Shown: in pieces, positions 59,559 through 64,000 of the stretch
How the letters are laid out: the number at the start of each line of letters is the position of its first letter
How positions within the stretch are numbered: position 1 is the first letter of the stretch
From: Balanoglossus misakiensis
Taxonomy: Eukaryota; Animalia; Hemichordata
Assembly: GCA_040954595.2 (NCBI GenBank)
Contig: CM082593.2
Coordinates: forward strand, 5,969,434 to 6,033,433
Reading direction: 5' to 3'
Length of the DNA: 64,000 nucleotides
The notes under the pieces: model-generated
Databases searched by the model: none
What the model was told of the DNA's origin: nothing
Seen by the model: only the letters and a program-made list of their open reading frames with translations
Program-made: the position numbers and the translations under genes

Positions 59559-62500
59559 TCACGGCGATGGTGACGATGTTGGCACATCGTTGCATGTCCT
59601 GCAGCACAGTTTACTGTAGCCCGGAAGTGAGCAGTATTCGTTGAGAACTTCCAAACTACAGAATATTGACTTGTCTCCGAGACACTCATTTTCAGCCCCT
59701 GAAAGAAAACAAACACAATGGGTGAGAAATACAAGTTCGACTTTTGGCTGCTAAATTCGTAGCAAGTGTCATAGATGATTGTGTGTTTGGTCGGTTGCCG
59801 GACACGTGGACAGTCCCTGTGATTAGACCAGTTTTGCCAGTGGGCCGACAAATTTAATTTTAAAGACATGATTTGCGGGACGGTGCGGAAAGTACAGCCG
59901 ATGACTTTACCTGCACAAGGCCCGGCATCACATGACCTGGTCTCTTCTGGTCTGGGATAGTCGTCACATTGCCAAGAGACGGCTTTTTTGTTCGGATACC
60001 CACAAACCACCTGTCTTCGTTGTGTTCCAACTCCACACGATGCAGAACACTGTCAAGAGAATAGAAGACATTTTTGTGTCTTTATATGATATTTAGCGAC
60101 GTATATCGATAATTCATACGGCCATACCTGCCTCTACATCAACATGATTGTTTTAGAAGGCAATAGATTCCAAGAAGTACTGACCTTTGACCATTCGCCA
60201 GTTTGCCAGTATGCCGGGCATGCGTGCCTGTTACAGGCTTGCCGATTGGCTGGTTTTCCACCCCTGCAGTGACGCTGGTGGACTGACGTAGTGACGCCAT
60301 TCTCCGTTCGCATACAATTGACATCGCGAATCTGCCATCCTGCGTTTCCACAAGTCTTGGAACAGTACTCCCATTCGCTCGTAATCCAATCGTAACTGTA
60401 AAAGACATCACGATGACCAGGTTAGTACTATGCACGTGTGTCGCCAACGACGGCAATCTACTATCAAAATCAGCTGTAGATATAGCTATTCGTTGTAAGG
60501 CGATGTCTGATTGGTCGCGGTAATCCTGGCCGAAGCCCGCCATCAAAACCTACCTGGCGGTTTCACAAGGTTGCACGTTACAACTTCTTCTCCTGTCCTT
60601 CTGTGGTTGGGTTTTTGCATTGCATAATCTTTTACTGACAGTTTTCTTGTCCGTCTTCCTCTGACAGATCAATTTGAAGTACTGCTCGCCTGAAAACATG
60701 AAATAATAACGCAAAAAATCATCAATCAATCACTGTTCGTGCATAATGAAAAATCCAGTGTCATAATTTTATCTAACACGAACAGAGGTCTGAATTGGGT
60801 CTAACGATATGATAGGGGTGTACACATATAAGGTATAGGTTTGTGATATGTTGTTAAGGGAATTCGCCGCATAAATGGATAAAGATACGTCACATTCAGC
60901 ATCGTAGCATCAAATTTGGCGCCGGCGCCAAATGTAGCAATAAATGCAGCAGACGAGACTACACAGGAGACTTACCCCCATCGCACGGCCTACTGCACTG
61001 CGACCAGCCCATTTCCACCCAATTGAACCTCGAGTTGGCGTTGGGTATCCTGTTGGCTACTCTTATATTGCTGTTGCCATCTTTGACTTGGGATTTTTCC
61101 ACCGTGTATTGGTATGAGACCTTCATTTCGATGTTCTCTTCTTCGTCCGCCATCGTTCGCACCTGTAGATGTAATTAAGAAGTAGGTTAAAGAATTTCTC
61201 GATCCCACGAGTATTCACGTGTTCTCCAGCATAGTTTTCACCATCGTCCGCTCGCCAGGTCGTTGGCTCGACCACAGTCTCCCTAAGAGCAAGACATTGG
61301 CGGGCGAAGATGAGTTTTATTTCTTTCCTTCATCTTTTTCATCTTAACCCCAATTCACTGGAAAGCAGTGGCCACATGAACTCACGGGAAGATAAGTGCG
61401 TGAACTCACAAGAATGACGAGATCTGCCGAGAGTGGCCCCTTGGCCGTCAGTCTCTCTCTGTCGTGTCCCACGGAGAAGTGGAACAGAGTTCCCGCCGCC
61501 ACAAAAGTGGCGCCATCTTCGTCGTTTATCGTCTCTCCCTTGAAAATGTATCGGCCAGTCTCTTTGTCTTTGACAGCTTGAATTGAAAAAAAGAAGTCAA
61601 AATTTTAGGGAGATTTAATACAGTATCAACAATTACACAATTGAAGCCGACTTCGGTAGTTGAACTTTTCGCCATTTTTGTTCGTTTTAACAGCCTTTCC
61701 GTTTCCAAATAGGCAAAATCTAAAATAATCACCAGGATCACACGCTGTTAGGATTTCGTTCGATTGGCCTACTTACCAAAACGATGCTCCGACGGCCGCG
61801 TTTCAAAAATATCAATATTGCGAGTCCCCTTGAATAGCGTTACAATCCGTTGATATGCTGAAAGAACCATGATAAACTTTGAATAATAGGGAAAATATAA
61901 TCATATCTGATATATCTAAATGTGGCATTTAGTCGGTATGTCACACAACATTGGCCACATACGCAACCTATTTTTGAACCCACAGAGTACATGTACTTTT
62001 TTGAATACAACTTCGATACTGGTGTAATCACACGCGTGTAAGGTTCAACCATTGTCTATATTTGTGAAATAATGAGATCGTGCATTTTTCATCTGCACTG
62101 CAGGTTGTCGTTTGGTCAAATTAACAGTGGTATGCATGGAACAAGACATGGAACAAGACAAGCAGACTTTGAAGAAAAGGTACGCGATTCTAGAGATTTT
62201 TGTTGATGCTTACTTTTCCTTGGTATTTTAGCGTAGGTGCCAGTGATAGTTTCACACGACGTATTATCTCCATTGCAGACTCCGCAGTGGTCCTCTCGCG
62301 CTGGGGAGCCTAAAATATTGTCACAGCCAACAGACTGAAATGCAAGAGGTGAGGTAAAATTAGAAGCTATATATCATCGGTTAATTGGTGTGGTTTATAT
62401 TACTCATCGCTGAGGTAGATCCCGTTTAGTTTCCACCAGTCTAGATTACAATCATCACGACTTGCATTGTCTGTGGTCTCTGTCTGTGTGACCCTTTCCA

Positions 62501-63787
62501 ATTAATGACCCACTTCAAAGGCCAGTTTGCTCAGCCGGGGGCAGCACAAGGGCCAAATTTCGCCAAAATTAGAAGCGAGTCGACAGTAAAATTGTATGGA
62601 AATAGAATCCATCTGATGGGTCCTTGACGGGAATTAATCCGCGAATCTGTGATCGAGTCTCCTTCGCGAAACTTTGGTGTGAAAATGGGTGTGTTCAACC
62701 ACCACCCGTACTACTTGCTTCAAGTTGGGTTCATTGGCGAATTTTATAGTCACTGCGGTTATTTTGAGGTGTAACACACTCAAAGTACGGAATGAAGGGG
62801 AGAAATTACTCACTTGACATTGACCTTGTACACATACGTCATCACCTTGGTCATAGGAACACCTGGTTCCGTCTATCACATTATAACTTGACACTATGAC
62901 GTCATCGGTTTCCTGGGAGATACACGTAAGCTTGCACTGCAATGAATCTAGGAGAGAAGAAACGGAGGACGTGCGTTCAAAATTTCGCTTGTTCTTAATT
63001 ATGTAATTTCATTTTTTTAAAGTCAACATTTCCCTAATTATTTTTATTTTGACATCTTACATCGCAGGTTGTCTAAAACGCGCCAAAACTTACCGTTTTT
63101 ATTTTCATGGGGTAGCCATGTATGCTTCCTATTCTTGTACTTCCAGTTTTGGTAATTGTTTTCACACTGCTGAGCTCTGAAGTCCATGTTAGCATCTGGA
63201 CAATCCTGTTCGCAAAAGTCGACAAGGATATTTATTTGTCATTGCAAAAAGAAATGAATATCCAACAATTCTCTTATATATTATATTTGTACTAAAGAGG
63301 GTAAATTATGCCCCATACCTGTGCGTTGCAGAGTCTGAATTCCACATTTTGCCCTTTGCAATCGTCACCAGAAATCGATGGCCTAATATGGGAGAAAAAT
63401 GTAAGAAATGAGTCAATAGTGTGGTCGTATACTGGCAGTGGGTGAGGCTTTAGGTGAACAATCGTCCGCCATCATCAGCAAGATAGACATCAAACATTTT
63501 AAAATTCAAAATGGCCGCGAAATGATAAATTTTGTGGGTATTATTTGAAGTGAAGCAGGGTGGTAACTCTAGAGGGCGCTATCCAACCTGGTGGAATCGT
63601 AAGCCAAAAGTGTACACGAGGCGTGATATTTGTTATTTTTCACTCACCTTGGATTATTGCATTCCCTGGTTCTCATCTGAGCGCCAATTCCACAGGTTCT
63701 CGAACATTCCGTGTACTCACTCCAATCACCCCACGCACCGTGTACAACCTGCACCGTGGATTCTACACATTCGCCGTCCATACAGTA
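59559..63787 (-). CDS. ADAMTS3: ADAMTS2/3/14-type procollagen N-proteinase, 3' exons (gene begins beyond the right edge)
   Basis: Exons 63648-63787, 63319-63382, 63094-63205, 62814-62947, 62214-62334, 61777-61857, 61410-61576, 60976-61162, 60554-60689, 60185-60395, 59911-60049 and 59559-59698. They encode the central TSP1 ([15 protein letters not shown]), Cys-rich region ([16 protein letters not shown]), spacer, three TSP1 repeats and the PLAC domain [31 protein letters not shown] typical of ADAMTS2/3/14. Confidence 0.88.
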
Positions 63788-64000
63788 CTACAAACAACAA
63801 CAAAACAACACAATGTCAAAACCACCGAAATAGTACCTTTGTCGCATTTATCAAAACGTGGTAGTAGTTCTAACGAAGTGGTCGTCAATAATATGAAGGT
63901 TTTCGTCTCGTTCATCTCTAGATTGCGATCTAAGTTACCTTTCTATATACTTTCAACAGTCTACATTTTACTCTAATATTTTCTCGTTTATTTTATTTGT

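Overview
Gene-dense, intron-rich genomic DNA from an invertebrate animal, probably a marine deuterostome (inferred from the vertebrate-like exon structures and proteins). I assembled nine protein-coding genes by hand using GT-AG junctions with consistent phases. In order: the 5' part of an ABCG2-like transporter (-), eIF4E (+), the NFIL3/E4BP4 bZIP factor (-), the PP2A catalytic subunit (+), RACK1 (+, hosting two intronic snoRNA candidates), a class C GPCR (+), a small ASH-domain-only protein (-), an espin-like ankyrin-repeat protein (-) and the 3' half of an ADAMTS2/3/14-type protease (-). The standout is the class C GPCR: 17 coding exons give one open frame of about 2339 aa. It has FOUR tandem Venus-flytrap domains joined by 3-Cys mini-linkers, a Pro/Thr stalk in place of the cysteine-rich domain, and a single 7TM. 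Only the third flytrap keeps the full amino-acid-binding signature. Other items of note are a SNORD96-like C/D snoRNA with a second guide matching U6, an H/ACA snoRNA, a D-box cluster around NFIL3, and six copies of a TTAA-flanked MITE. All calls are by eye; no database search was run.
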